A stretch of 32,000 nt of DNA from Candidatus Methanoperedens sp. GTDB taxonomy: Archaea; Halobacteriota; Methanosarcinia; Methanosarcinales; Methanoperedenaceae. Both the position numbers and the translations under genes were made by a program. The notes beneath the pieces are model-generated. The model made no database searches, was not told where the DNA came from, and saw only the letters and a list, made by a program, of their open reading frames with translations. Positions 19,246-27,496 of the stretch are shown piece after piece. The number at the start of each line of letters is the position of its first letter. Position 1 is the first letter of the stretch. The stretch is from assembly GCA_041494705.1 (NCBI GenBank), contig JBGQBI010000005.1:90001-122000 (forward strand), given 5' to 3'.

Positions 19246-19377
19246 CAGCGCTGCATCGTCGCCAGAGTTGACCAGCTCATGTCCCTCTGCGACGAGCTCG
19301 AAGCCAGGCTTGCGCGCTCGCAGGCGGACAGCGAGAGGTTGATGGAGGCGGTTGTGGGGAGGATGCTGGCGGAGTAA
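19246..19377 (+). pseudogene. hsdS: Orphan 3'-terminal fragment of a type I R-M specificity subunit gene (hsdS), repeat copy 1
   Basis: It translates to QRCIVARVDQLMSLCDELEARLARSQADSERLMEAVVGRMLAE*, the conserved C-terminal coiled-coil region of HsdS proteins. There is no TRD and no plausible start upstream. The track ORF 19024-19377 is otherwise antisense to recQ. Confidence 0.7.
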
Positions 19378-19425
19378 CGGGAAAAGCAAATAAGCAATTA
19401 AAACAATTACTAACTTGAGAAATAC

Positions 19426-19758
19426 ATGGTTAAAGACAAAATAGCAGAAGCCATTAAATTCTTTGAGAATTGTTTGAAAGAAAAAGGATTGAAAGTTTCA
19501 AAGATAATTCTATTCGGGTCGCACAGCACGGGAAAAGCGACTATAGATAGCGATGTGGATATTCTGATTATTTCTCCGGATTTTCAGAACAAAGATATTT
19601 TTGAAAGGGCAAGATTGACGAAGGAAGCAGAGATAAACACCATAAAAAAATTCAGGGTGCCACTTGATATTATCACTCTCACTTCTGAAGAATTTGAAAG
19701 TGGTAATTCTCTTATTACTGACTTTGCAAGAAAAGGCAAAGTAATGTATGCAGCCTGA
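19426..19758 (+). CDS. Minimal nucleotidyltransferase (MNT-type, as in HEPN-MNT modules), with no HEPN partner
   Basis: 110 aa. FGSHSTGKATIDSDVDILIISPDF is the G[SG]-x9-13-D-x-D Pol-beta-type NTase motif. Confidence 0.85.
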   Translation: MVKDKIAEAIKFFENCLKEKGLKVSKIILFGSHSTGKATIDSDVDILIISPDFQNKDIFERARLTKEAEINTIKKFRVPLDIITLTSEEFESGNSLITDFARKGKVMYAA

Positions 19759-19759
19759 T

Positions 19760-19890
19760 AGCGCCGCATCGTCGCCAGAGTTGACCAGCTCATGTCCCTC
19801 TGCGATGAGCTCGAAGCCGCACTCCTGCGCTCGCAGGCGGACAGCGAGAGGTTGATGGAAGCGGTCGTGGGAAGGATGATGACAAGGTAG
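19760..19890 (+). repeat. hsdS 3'-end repeat copy 2
   Basis: It starts 2 nt after the MNT stop and reads RRIVARVDQLMSLCDELEAALLRSQADSERLMEAVVGRMMTR*. It is roughly 86% identical to copy 1 and 91% to copy 3 by hand count. Confidence 0.8.
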
Positions 19891-19950
19891 CACTTTTGCA
19901 ACAGACTGCTTTATCTATTATAAATGAAATAATCAAGTTAAGTGAATTAA

Positions 19951-20124
19951 ATGGTTGTTGACATACAAGAAGCATATAATCTCATGGGGTTCTTGAAGAA
20001 ATTGAAACCAGAAACTGGCGTGAATGTAGCCCAACAAATGGTTGGAAAATTCAAAGGAATAATCCCTGAAGGCAGAAGCAGCGTTGATTTTTTAAAGAAA
20101 GTTCGTGAAAGTCAATATGACTAA
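19951..20124 (+). CDS. Putative VapB-like antitoxin (57 aa; below the track cutoff)
   Basis: My translation: MVVDIQEAYNLMGFLKKLKPETGVNVAQQMVGKFKGIIPEGRSSVDFLKKVRESQYD*. The stop overlaps the PIN ATG by 8 nt. A TTATAAAT motif lies about 30 nt upstream. Confidence 0.5.
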   Translation: MVVDIQEAYNLMGFLKKLKPETGVNVAQQMVGKFKGIIPEGRSSVDFLKKVRESQYD

Positions 20125-20569
20125 AATTTACATTGATACGAATATTTTTTTCAATGTCTGGAATGAGGAGATAGACCCTAAGAGCGGAAAAGAACTCTGG
20201 AGAAGTTCCAGGGATATACTCGAAAAAATCGAAAGAAACGAATTTGAGGCAATAACCTCAATTACTACAATAATGGAAATAGTCCATGTTTTCAGGGTAA
20301 GGGGCAAGGATTATAACGAAGCTATAGAAGATGTCAAGAGACTGAATGTCAGTATTAATGCACCGGACTCCTGGGTTATGATCAAAGCGCTGGAATACCA
20401 GATGGAATATGAATTAGATCCTTATGATTCAATAGCTTTTGCAATTGCCCAAACTGCCGGATGTGAGATTTTCGTTACAAGGGATGAAAAAATAATAAAG
20501 AACATAAGACTGAAAATGCGCGGTGCAAGGCCCGAAGAAATTTTGGAACGAACATCAGATAAATCATAA
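20117..20569 (+). CDS. vapC: PIN-domain ribonuclease toxin (VapC-like)
   Basis: MTKIYIDTNIFF..., with conserved acidic positions (IDTN, MEI, DPYDS, TRDE). The track start at 20105 is GTG; the ATG at 20117 is preferred. Confidence 0.8.
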   Translation: MTKIYIDTNIFFNVWNEEIDPKSGKELWRSSRDILEKIERNEFEAITSITTIMEIVHVFRVRGKDYNEAIEDVKRLNVSINAPDSWVMIKALEYQMEYELDPYDSIAFAIAQTAGCEIFVTRDEKIIKNIRLKMRGARPEEILERTSDKS

Positions 20570-20572
20570 TTA

Positions 20573-20704
20573 CAGCGCCGCATCGTCGCCAGGGTTGATC
20601 ACCTCATGTCCCTCTGCGATTCTCTCGAAGCCGGACTCCTGCGCTCGCAGGCGGACAGCGAGAGATTGATGGAAGCGGTCGTGGGAAGGATGCTGGCGGG
20701 GTAG
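20573..20704 (+). repeat. hsdS 3'-end repeat copy 3
   Basis: It starts 4 nt after the PIN stop and reads QRRIVARVDHLMSLCDSLEAGLLRSQADSERLMEAVVGRMLAG*. Confidence 0.8.
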
Positions 20705-20798
20705 AATTTATCATTTGAATTTTTAGGTGTCGCTTAGGTGTACACGTATCACGACCCGTTCAAAAGGTTTATGTCTTAGAAGTAAGATATAACTTACT

Positions 20799-21077
20799 AT
20801 GAATGCCACAATTGATATGGTAACTATCTCCTCAAAAGGTCAGATAGTAATTCCTAAAAAGATCCTAAAAGCCCTTGGATTGAAAGAGCAAGATAAGTTA
20901 TTGTTATTCAATAAAGGCGAAAATATTATTTTAAAAAAAGTTAAACCTGAGATGTTTGAGAAAAATTTAAGGGACATATTAGCGCCAATTCGTAAGGAAG
21001 CAGAAGCAAAGGGATTGACTGAAAGAGATGTAGAAATTGAGATAAAAGCACATAGAACGCAAAGAATCCAGGCATGA
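20799..21077 (+). CDS. AbrB/SpoVT (MazE-like) family antitoxin
   Basis: VTISSKGQIVIPKKILKALGLKEQDKL is a SpoVT-AbrB swapped-hairpin motif. ATGA overlap with the downstream PIN gene. Confidence 0.8.
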   Translation: MNATIDMVTISSKGQIVIPKKILKALGLKEQDKLLLFNKGENIILKKVKPEMFEKNLRDILAPIRKEAEAKGLTERDVEIEIKAHRTQRIQA

Positions 21078-21484
21078 TACGATTAGTAATTGATACAAAC
21101 GTCTTTGTTTCTGCTTTGATATCAACCAGAAGTATTCCTGCGCTGCTTCTTGATGAAGCGGGGAAAAAATACTCACTTTTTATATCAAAAGAAATACTGG
21201 GCGAAGTGGAGGACGTTATTTCAAGAAAGAAATTCGGGTTTACTAAACAAAAAATAAATTCAGCCATGGAAGCTATCTTGTCATTCTCTGAAATCATAAA
21301 TCCAGAGATAAAAGTAGATGTTATAAAATCAGACCCTGATGATAATAAAATACTGGAATGTGCGATCGCATGCAAGGCGCCATATATTGTTTCAGGCGAT
21401 TCTCACTTGCTTGACCTGAGAGAATATGGTAGTATCAAAATAATAAATCCAAAGACCGCACTTGAATTATTGAATAACTTATAA
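21074..21484 (+). CDS. PIN-family toxin (PIN_3 / TIGR00305-like)
   Basis: MIRLVIDTNVFVSALIS... then DPDDNKILECAIACKAPYIVSGDSHLL, typical of this PIN subfamily. Confidence 0.85.
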   Translation: MIRLVIDTNVFVSALISTRSIPALLLDEAGKKYSLFISKEILGEVEDVISRKKFGFTKQKINSAMEAILSFSEIINPEIKVDVIKSDPDDNKILECAIACKAPYIVSGDSHLLDLREYGSIKIINPKTALELLNNL

Positions 21485-21490
21485 AAATAA

Positions 21491-21515
21491 ACCAACTCAT
21501 GTCCCTCTGCGAGGA
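21491..21515 (+). repeat. hsdS 3'-end repeat copy 4 (25-bp remnant)
   Basis: ACCAACTCATGTCCCTCTGCGAGGA matches ACCAGCTCATGTCCCTCTGCGACGA of copy 1 at 23 of 25 positions. It lies 6 nt after the PIN stop. Confidence 0.55.
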
Positions 21516-21558
21516 ATATTATGTTATCATATAGGTTGAACCAAAGGTCGATATTCTC

Positions 21559-22428
21559 ATGAAAAGAGTAGGGATAGCGGTAACTGATCCTGATGACTGG
21601 ACTGGCCTTGCTTTTCAGAATGCCGTCAGGCAATATGGCATGCATCCGGTCACATTCAGCTTCGATGATGCGACCTCGGATATCTCATCAGGAAAAATAT
21701 ATGCGGGAAAAATAGACCTTGCAGGGCTTGATGCGATTATCGTAAGAGACTTGGGACCTGCGACGCATAACGATGTCTCGTTCAGGTTTGATATACTCTG
21801 CCAGCTAAAAGAACTTGGCGTTGCGGTCATAAATTCACCGGAATCAATAGCTAAAGCGGCAAACAAATATGTTTCAAGTTTTTTGTTCCAGAAAAACGGC
21901 ATACCAACACCCAAAACTATTGTGACAAACAATCTGGATGAGGCTCTTTTTGCATTATCTTCTTTCGGGCGCGCCGTGGTGAAACCTGTGTTCGGGTATA
22001 AAGGAGTAGGAGTGGAGTGTGTCAGGGACAGCGAAAGCGGAGCGTTGAAACTCAAAAAGCTCTTTAAAGAAAAAAGATTGATATATATTCAGGAATTCAT
22101 ACCAAATCCGGGCAGGGACATTCGGGTATTTGTGGTGAACGGGAAAGTTGCGGGCTCGATATACCGGATTGCGCCGGAAGGCGGCTGGATAAATAACCTG
22201 AGCCAGGGCGGCAGCGCAAAACCCTGTGTGTTGACCGACGAACAGGAAAGACTGGCTCTTAAAGCCGCCGGGGTTATCGGGACGGTATATGCAGGCGTGG
22301 ATATTATCGAGGGGGATAGGGATTACGTTATAGAGATAAACGGAACGCCTTCGGGTAAGGGAATATTTGAGGCGTGCGGGGTGGATGTTACAAGGATGAT
22401 TGCTGAATATTTAGAAAGGTTGATTTAA
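21559..22428 (+). CDS. RimK-family ATP-grasp alpha-L-glutamate ligase (MptN/CofF-like)
   Basis: 289 aa with an ATP-grasp pattern (VVKPVFGYKGVGV, IYIQEFI, RVFVVNGKV, GVDIIE...VIEINGTPSG). In methanogen-type archaea this family ligates glutamate to H4MPT or F420. Confidence 0.82.
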   Translation: MKRVGIAVTDPDDWTGLAFQNAVRQYGMHPVTFSFDDATSDISSGKIYAGKIDLAGLDAIIVRDLGPATHNDVSFRFDILCQLKELGVAVINSPESIAKAANKYVSSFLFQKNGIPTPKTIVTNNLDEALFALSSFGRAVVKPVFGYKGVGVECVRDSESGALKLKKLFKEKRLIYIQEFIPNPGRDIRVFVVNGKVAGSIYRIAPEGGWINNLSQGGSAKPCVLTDEQERLALKAAGVIGTVYAGVDIIEGDRDYVIEINGTPSGKGIFEACGVDVTRMIAEYLERLI

Positions 22429-22506
22429 GAATCTTTACCACTATCTGGTCTAAAAACCTTTTTCATAGGTTATTATGTCACCGGAAAAATCCTTCGATGC
22501 CTATTC

Positions 22507-23508
22507 TCATCTCTTTTTCTGTTCTACCATCAATTTTAGACTGTCCTGGATTTCCTGTCCTGACTGGCTGGTTGTTTTCCCGGTTACACTGCTTAAAGCT
22601 TGTTGCCAATTTTGAGTTTGTTTTAAATTCGTTAAAAACTTTTCCAGGGCTCCTTCGCCATAGTTTTCATTGATATACCACACAGTAAAAGTTCCCTGGC
22701 CGCGGCAAAGAAAATTAAGAGTTTCTTCATTAATATACCCATCGCACTTCTGCGCAAGCTCTTCCAAGCTCAAAAGTTTCGGGTTGCCTGTTTCGATACC
22801 ATTAATCAATAGGTCTGAGTGATAAATCTGGTCAAGAGGTTCAAACCCTGGTCCTGCTTTAAAGGTATATTCCAGATAGTGTGCCATGCCCTCGTTCAAA
22901 AATCCCGGGAGATATCGCATCTTGTCCTGTCCAAAAAATTGATAAGCGGCTGCATGAACCCCCTCGTGGATAATCACTCCTCCTGTTTTGCCAGGTATAG
23001 TTTCTCCAAACGGTTTATAAAGATAAATTTTGCCGTTTGGAGCCGAACCATCCCCGATTGCCACATTCTCTTTCCCGCCTGGAAAATCCGCTATCTTAAC
23101 ATACTCATCGACAGCCACAGCCAGATACACCGGAATATCTTTTGGTTCAAATCCAAGATATTTTTTATATAAATTTAAACCGCCCTGTTCCAGTATTGCC
23201 AACACTTTATTTGCATTTGTTTCGTCGCCAGGATGATAGTAAACGACAAAGCTTGAGCCCGTTTTTTTCATTTCAAAACCATTAACATTTGCTGCAGACG
23301 CGGGATATTCATGAGAATAATCAATCTGGGAACTCAGCGGCTGTTGGGCGATAATCGTTTGTTCTGGCAGACCCTTTATTTCGTCGTTGGATGTCACCGG
23401 CTTAGTTGTATTTGGAACTATAGTTGAACCCTTTTCTTGCTGAATACAGCCGCTTGACAGAACAATGCCCAGAGTTAATATCACTAAAATGTAATATATC
23501 ATCTTCAT
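22507..23508 (-). CDS. Secreted lipoprotein, putative zinc metallopeptidase (HExxH)
   Basis: Signal peptide and lipobox-like LSSGC. GGVIIHEGVHAAAYQ contains HExxH. Confidence 0.6.
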   Translation of the reverse strand: MKMIYYILVILTLGIVLSSGCIQQEKGSTIVPNTTKPVTSNDEIKGLPEQTIIAQQPLSSQIDYSHEYPASAANVNGFEMKKTGSSFVVYYHPGDETNANKVLAILEQGGLNLYKKYLGFEPKDIPVYLAVAVDEYVKIADFPGGKENVAIGDGSAPNGKIYLYKPFGETIPGKTGGVIIHEGVHAAAYQFFGQDKMRYLPGFLNEGMAHYLEYTFKAGPGFEPLDQIYHSDLLINGIETGNPKLLSLEELAQKCDGYINEETLNFLCRGQGTFTVWYINENYGEGALEKFLTNLKQTQNWQQALSSVTGKTTSQSGQEIQDSLKLMVEQKKR

Positions 23509-23684
23509 ATTTTATAGATAGTTAAAGGATTATTAAATACTTTCTAATATGCAACTGATATGCTGTTATGATTGGAAAGATGGCAATTCCAGCGCATGGG
23601 TTAACGAATATGATGAAAAAATTATGTAAAAGCAGCAAATTTTATTGGATAACTTAAATTAACTCGTGCATCATATAACCCCCA

Positions 23685-25649
23685 ATGAAACAGGAAATGT
23701 CAAGCGTGGACGTTGCAGCGCTTATCAAGGAACTGCGCCCCCGTCTTCTGGATGCCAAAATTGCAAAAATATACCAGCATTCAGCCGATGAAATCAGGAT
23801 AGGGCTTCACATTTTCAAGGAAGGCAGGACAAATCTTGTTATCGAAGCCGGAAGGCGGCTGCATCTTACAAAAAATCCTGAAACCGCCCCGAAGTTCCCG
23901 CAGTCTTTCCCGATGCTGCTGCGCAAACACCTGACCGGAGGCAGGATAACCGACATTTCGCAATATGATTTTGACAGGATAATCGAGATGCAAATCCAGC
24001 GCGGCGAGGATAAGACGATTCTTCTTATCGAACTTTTCTCAAGAGGCAATATTGTGCTCCTTAATGCTGAAAAAAAGATAATCCTCCCTCTAAAATCCAT
24101 CAGTTTTAGGGACAGGAAAGTAAGAGGCGGTGAACCCTATGAGCTTCCGGCGCCGCAGCTTTCCCCTGTTACTGCCACGGCGGAAGAGCTTGCGGAAATG
24201 TTCTCACATTCGGATTCCGATATTGTCAGGACGCTTGCGACAAGAATGAACATGGGAGGGCAGTATGCTGAGGAACTATGCCAATGCGGCGGTATTGATA
24301 AGAATACGCCTGCAAAGCAATTTAGCGATGTTGCTGAGGTGCAAAAAGCGCTCTCTGAAGTTTTCATGCCGCTTCGTACCGACCTGAAACCCCACATTGT
24401 TTTAAAAGACGGAAAACCGATTGACGTGCTTCCGTTTGAGTTATCGCAATACGGGAAAAACGAAAAGAAATATTTTGGCACTTTTAATGATGCGCTTGAT
24501 GAGTATTTCAGCCCTGAAACCGGGAAAAAAGGTGAAGCAAAAGAGGAAAAAAAGGATGAGGAAAAAGCAGGAAAAACCGGGCTGTATGAGCACCGCATAC
24601 AAAAACAGATGCTTGCGCTTGAAAAGTTCAGGGAAGATGAAGGAAAACTGGTACGCAAAGGCGAACTGGTATATGCGCATTACCAGATGTGCGAGGAGAT
24701 TCTGAAAACGATAAAAGATGCCAGGGATAAGGGATATTCCTGGGACGAGATAAAGGGCAAATTAAAGAATTCGGATAAGCCTGAAGCAAGGGCGATAAAA
24801 TCCATCGATACCGGCAGGGGGATAATCACTGTAACGCTTGATAATGTAGATGTGGACCTGGATATCAGGCTTTCAGTCCCCCAGAATTCCCAGGTCTATT
24901 ACGATAAATCAAAAAAACTGGCCTCGAAGATCAAAGGTGCGCTTACTGCTATTGAAGGGACAAAGAAATTATCCGAAAAGGAAGAGGCGCCCCAAGTCAG
25001 GAAAAAACCTGAAAAACTAAAACAAAAGTGGTACGAGCAATTCAGGTGGTTCATATCCTCCGACGGCTTCCTTGTTATCGGGGGCAGGGATGCCCAGAGT
25101 AACGAGGATATTGTGAAAAAATACCTCCAGAAGCGGGATATTTTCTTCCATGCCCATGTGTCGGGTTCTCCGGCTGTTGTTATAAAAACAGAAGGAAAAG
25201 ATGTTCCTGAAACCACGCTCACCGAGGCTGCGCAGTTCACAGTCTCTTACTCGGGCATCTGGAAATCCGGGCAGGCGAGCGGGGACGCATATTGGGTGCT
25301 ACCGGAGCAGGTCTCAAAGACACCTGAATCGGGTGAATATGTGGCTAAGGGGGCTTTTGTGATACGCGGAAAACGCAACTATTACAAGGATGTTATGCTC
25401 GGGACGGCGCTGGGTCTTGTTCTGAATGAAGAAAAAAGACTGATTGGAGGACCTTTGAGCGCAGTAAAAAGCAGGGCGAAGTTCGTTATGGAGATAGAAC
25501 CGGGAGAGTTTGAGCAGAACGACCTGTCAAAGAAGATTTACAGGATGCTGAATGAAAAATTCAAGGACATGAAACTCATCAAGACGATTGCCTCGCCCGA
25601 TAAGATTGCGATGTTCCTGCCTGCGGGCGGGTCGAGGGTGAGGGAGTGA
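23685..25649 (+). CDS. rqcH: NFACT-family ribosome quality-control protein (Rqc2/RqcH/FbpA homolog)
   Basis: 654 aa with an NFACT-N start (SSVDVAALIKELRPRLLDAKIAKIYQ), a coiled-coil middle and a DUF814/NFACT-R region (WFISSDGFLVIGGRDAQSNEDIV...FHAHVSGSPAVVIK). Confidence 0.88.
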   Translation: MKQEMSSVDVAALIKELRPRLLDAKIAKIYQHSADEIRIGLHIFKEGRTNLVIEAGRRLHLTKNPETAPKFPQSFPMLLRKHLTGGRITDISQYDFDRIIEMQIQRGEDKTILLIELFSRGNIVLLNAEKKIILPLKSISFRDRKVRGGEPYELPAPQLSPVTATAEELAEMFSHSDSDIVRTLATRMNMGGQYAEELCQCGGIDKNTPAKQFSDVAEVQKALSEVFMPLRTDLKPHIVLKDGKPIDVLPFELSQYGKNEKKYFGTFNDALDEYFSPETGKKGEAKEEKKDEEKAGKTGLYEHRIQKQMLALEKFREDEGKLVRKGELVYAHYQMCEEILKTIKDARDKGYSWDEIKGKLKNSDKPEARAIKSIDTGRGIITVTLDNVDVDLDIRLSVPQNSQVYYDKSKKLASKIKGALTAIEGTKKLSEKEEAPQVRKKPEKLKQKWYEQFRWFISSDGFLVIGGRDAQSNEDIVKKYLQKRDIFFHAHVSGSPAVVIKTEGKDVPETTLTEAAQFTVSYSGIWKSGQASGDAYWVLPEQVSKTPESGEYVAKGAFVIRGKRNYYKDVMLGTALGLVLNEEKRLIGGPLSAVKSRAKFVMEIEPGEFEQNDLSKKIYRMLNEKFKDMKLIKTIASPDKIAMFLPAGGSRVRE

Positions 25650-25770
25650 GGATTAATCGGTGTTAGCGCAGTCGTTTTCGTATTTTTTGCCGTCAGACGA
25701 GGGAAATTTCAACTTCGGGACTTAATATTACAGGTATTTTTCCGCAAATGTGGAACTTATATCACTTCAA

Positions 25771-25810
25771 AAATATTAAACTCCCGGCGCCGATATGTTC
25801 CCGAAGCAAC
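25771..25810. repeat. Left 40-bp inverted repeat (IR-L)
   Basis: AAATATTAAACTCCCGGCGCCGATATGTTCCCGAAGCAAC matches the reverse complement of 27945-27984 at 36 of 40 positions by hand alignment. Confidence 0.8.
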
Positions 25811-25955
25811 CTCAGCGTCCAAGAAACATGCGCCTTTATCGGTTTGCGAAGGGCTGCAACCCTGCTTTTAACGGACAGGTGATGAAGGACACGGCGCGGT
25901 TGGGCAGGCGGGCGGCAAAGTAAGTTGAAAGAAGCAGTGCTCCAATTCATGAAAG

Positions 25956-27068
25956 TTAATCCTTCCAATCCTCTCTCGTCATCAACTTCCACGCATTTTT
26001 ATAGGCTATCTTCTCAGCGACATCCTTTCTTACTCCTTGAAGAATAATGGTTCTATAAGTACTCATGACCCTATCGTATTCACCAAATCTTCCTGAATTT
26101 ATATCAGACCCAAGAACAAACCTGTCAGGGAAATCCTCAATTAATTTTTTCCATTCAGGATTAAGGGAAGCGCCAGAAGATGTGACATCATACATAATTC
26201 CCTCCACATACCCTGTCTGATATCTTGAGCCGGGTTTTGATGCAAGGAAGTCAAAATAAAGATTTGGATATTTATTCAAAAACTCCCGAACTGCATCAGG
26301 CCGTCTGAATTTTGCCCAGGTTACGGGATTCCTGTTCCTTCCTGCATGAGCCCAGATAACCTTTGCTTCTGGATATTTTACGAGCATCCTTTCCAGTTCA
26401 GGGAGAAGTTCATCCTCAGCTTCGTGATGAAGTAAAAAAGGAATGCCCGTATCATTTGACGCCCCAAAGACAACCTGCATGGCTTTGGAGTCTACAGGCA
26501 TATGCACATCACGGTTATTTGTGTTCGACGGGTAGTGTCGTGCTTCAAACTCGCCCATTGCAAAATATCTCCCTGACCGAACATCATTCCCCAGTTTTTC
26601 AAGAAAGCCATTATCGCTGCCGTGCCATTTTTGGCCGTCGCCGTGAACTGTTGTCGGAACGAATCTGTCAGGATATAATTTGTTAAGCCTTATTGACTCT
26701 TCACTTCCTTGGTTTTCATTTGGTCCAAGCCATGTTAATGCCACGCCGTTTCTATCCATGTTATATATCAGTTTATCAATGTCCATATCCCCTCCATAAT
26801 GAAACTCTGCATCAATTATAGGAAGGGTGCCATTTTTAAGCATTCCGCGTATCCTTCCCTCAAATATCTTTATCTGTACATTTTCCCCGGTCAAAAGCCG
26901 GGACTCATTAACGACGGCTGGAGTTGGGACTGAAGGTGGAGTGGTAAGCGCAGGACTAATAGTAGGTGTGACATTTTCAGTTCGAGGAGAGGGTGGTGTA
27001 CTTACGCATCCTGAGATTAGACTGACAAACAAGATTAACAATAAAAACATTACATAATTTCTCTGCAT
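25956..27068 (-). CDS. Secreted or lipid-anchored amidohydrolase-2 (TIM-barrel metal hydrolase) family protein
   Basis: Signal peptide and lipobox (LISGCVS), a P/T-rich linker, then IIDAEFHYGG...LLHHEAEDE...VIWAHAGRN...GSDINSG, typical of PF04909-type hydrolases. Confidence 0.75.
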   Translation of the reverse strand: MQRNYVMFLLLILFVSLISGCVSTPPSPRTENVTPTISPALTTPPSVPTPAVVNESRLLTGENVQIKIFEGRIRGMLKNGTLPIIDAEFHYGGDMDIDKLIYNMDRNGVALTWLGPNENQGSEESIRLNKLYPDRFVPTTVHGDGQKWHGSDNGFLEKLGNDVRSGRYFAMGEFEARHYPSNTNNRDVHMPVDSKAMQVVFGASNDTGIPFLLHHEAEDELLPELERMLVKYPEAKVIWAHAGRNRNPVTWAKFRRPDAVREFLNKYPNLYFDFLASKPGSRYQTGYVEGIMYDVTSSGASLNPEWKKLIEDFPDRFVLGSDINSGRFGEYDRVMSTYRTIILQGVRKDVAEKIAYKNAWKLMTREDWKD

Positions 27069-27192
27069 CTCATACCTCTTCCATATCCCGCATAATATTT
27101 ACTTAAAATTATGGTTTAATTGTATTTATAATCTGACAATAGGAATTTAATCCTGTATTTTTGGCTATCCTTGTGAAAGTGATGCGATTATC

Positions 27193-27223
27193 CTCGCGCC
27201 CCGACCGGAAGCGACATGTTTTC
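27193..27223 (+). repeat. Direct repeat DR1 flanking the relBE-like module
   Basis: CTCGCGCCCCGACCGGAAGCGACATGTTTTC compared with CCGCGCCCCCCGACCGGAAGCGGTACGTCTTC at 27847-27877. Confidence 0.6.
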
Positions 27224-27229
27224 ATATTC

Positions 27230-27496
27230 TCAATATTTCCGGTAGATCTTTTTCCTGTGACCTGCTTCTATCACCAGGATAAGCAAACGCTCATTTTCTA
27301 TGTAAAGGATAGCCCGATATTCACCAACACGGTGAGTATATAGAGGATTCTTTTGTGTCCCTTTGATCTTTTTTACATGAGGGGAAGGATCATCTTTAAT
27401 GCTGTTGATTGATCGAATTATGCTCTGTGCAATTTCCAGAGGTAACTTTTTGAGATCCTTTCTTGCTTTTGAAGTATATTCGACCTTATAGCTCAT
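27230..27496 (-). CDS. relE: RelE/ParE-family toxin
   Basis: 88 aa. The pattern YKVEYTSKARKDLKKLPLEIAQSI...HRVGEYRAILYIENERLLILVIEAGHRKKIY is canonical RelE. Confidence 0.88.
   Translation of the reverse strand: MSYKVEYTSKARKDLKKLPLEIAQSIIRSINSIKDDPSPHVKKIKGTQKNPLYTHRVGEYRAILYIENERLLILVIEAGHRKKIYRKY

Noticed and set aside
19024-19377. 117-aa ORF as an intact gene.
   Set aside because: It has a GTG start inside, and antisense to, the recQ 5' end. Only the last ~44 aa (the hsdS tail) look like real protein sequence. It is treated as a pseudogene fragment.
19179-21558. A classical integron (attC sites plus intI).
   Set aside because: I found no R'/R'' core sites (GTTRRRY / RYYYAAC) at repeat ends and no integrase. 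The repeats are coding-derived direct repeats, and the cassettes appear to have their own AT-rich promoters. The integron comparison is an analogy only.
25762-25992. 76-aa ORF (minus) and the 68-aa ORF at 27773-27979 (plus), considered as genes because both end inside the inverted repeats.
   Set aside because: The shared IR sequence is read in different frames in the two ORFs, and the compositions are R/P/S-rich. The similarity is at the nucleotide level, not protein coding.
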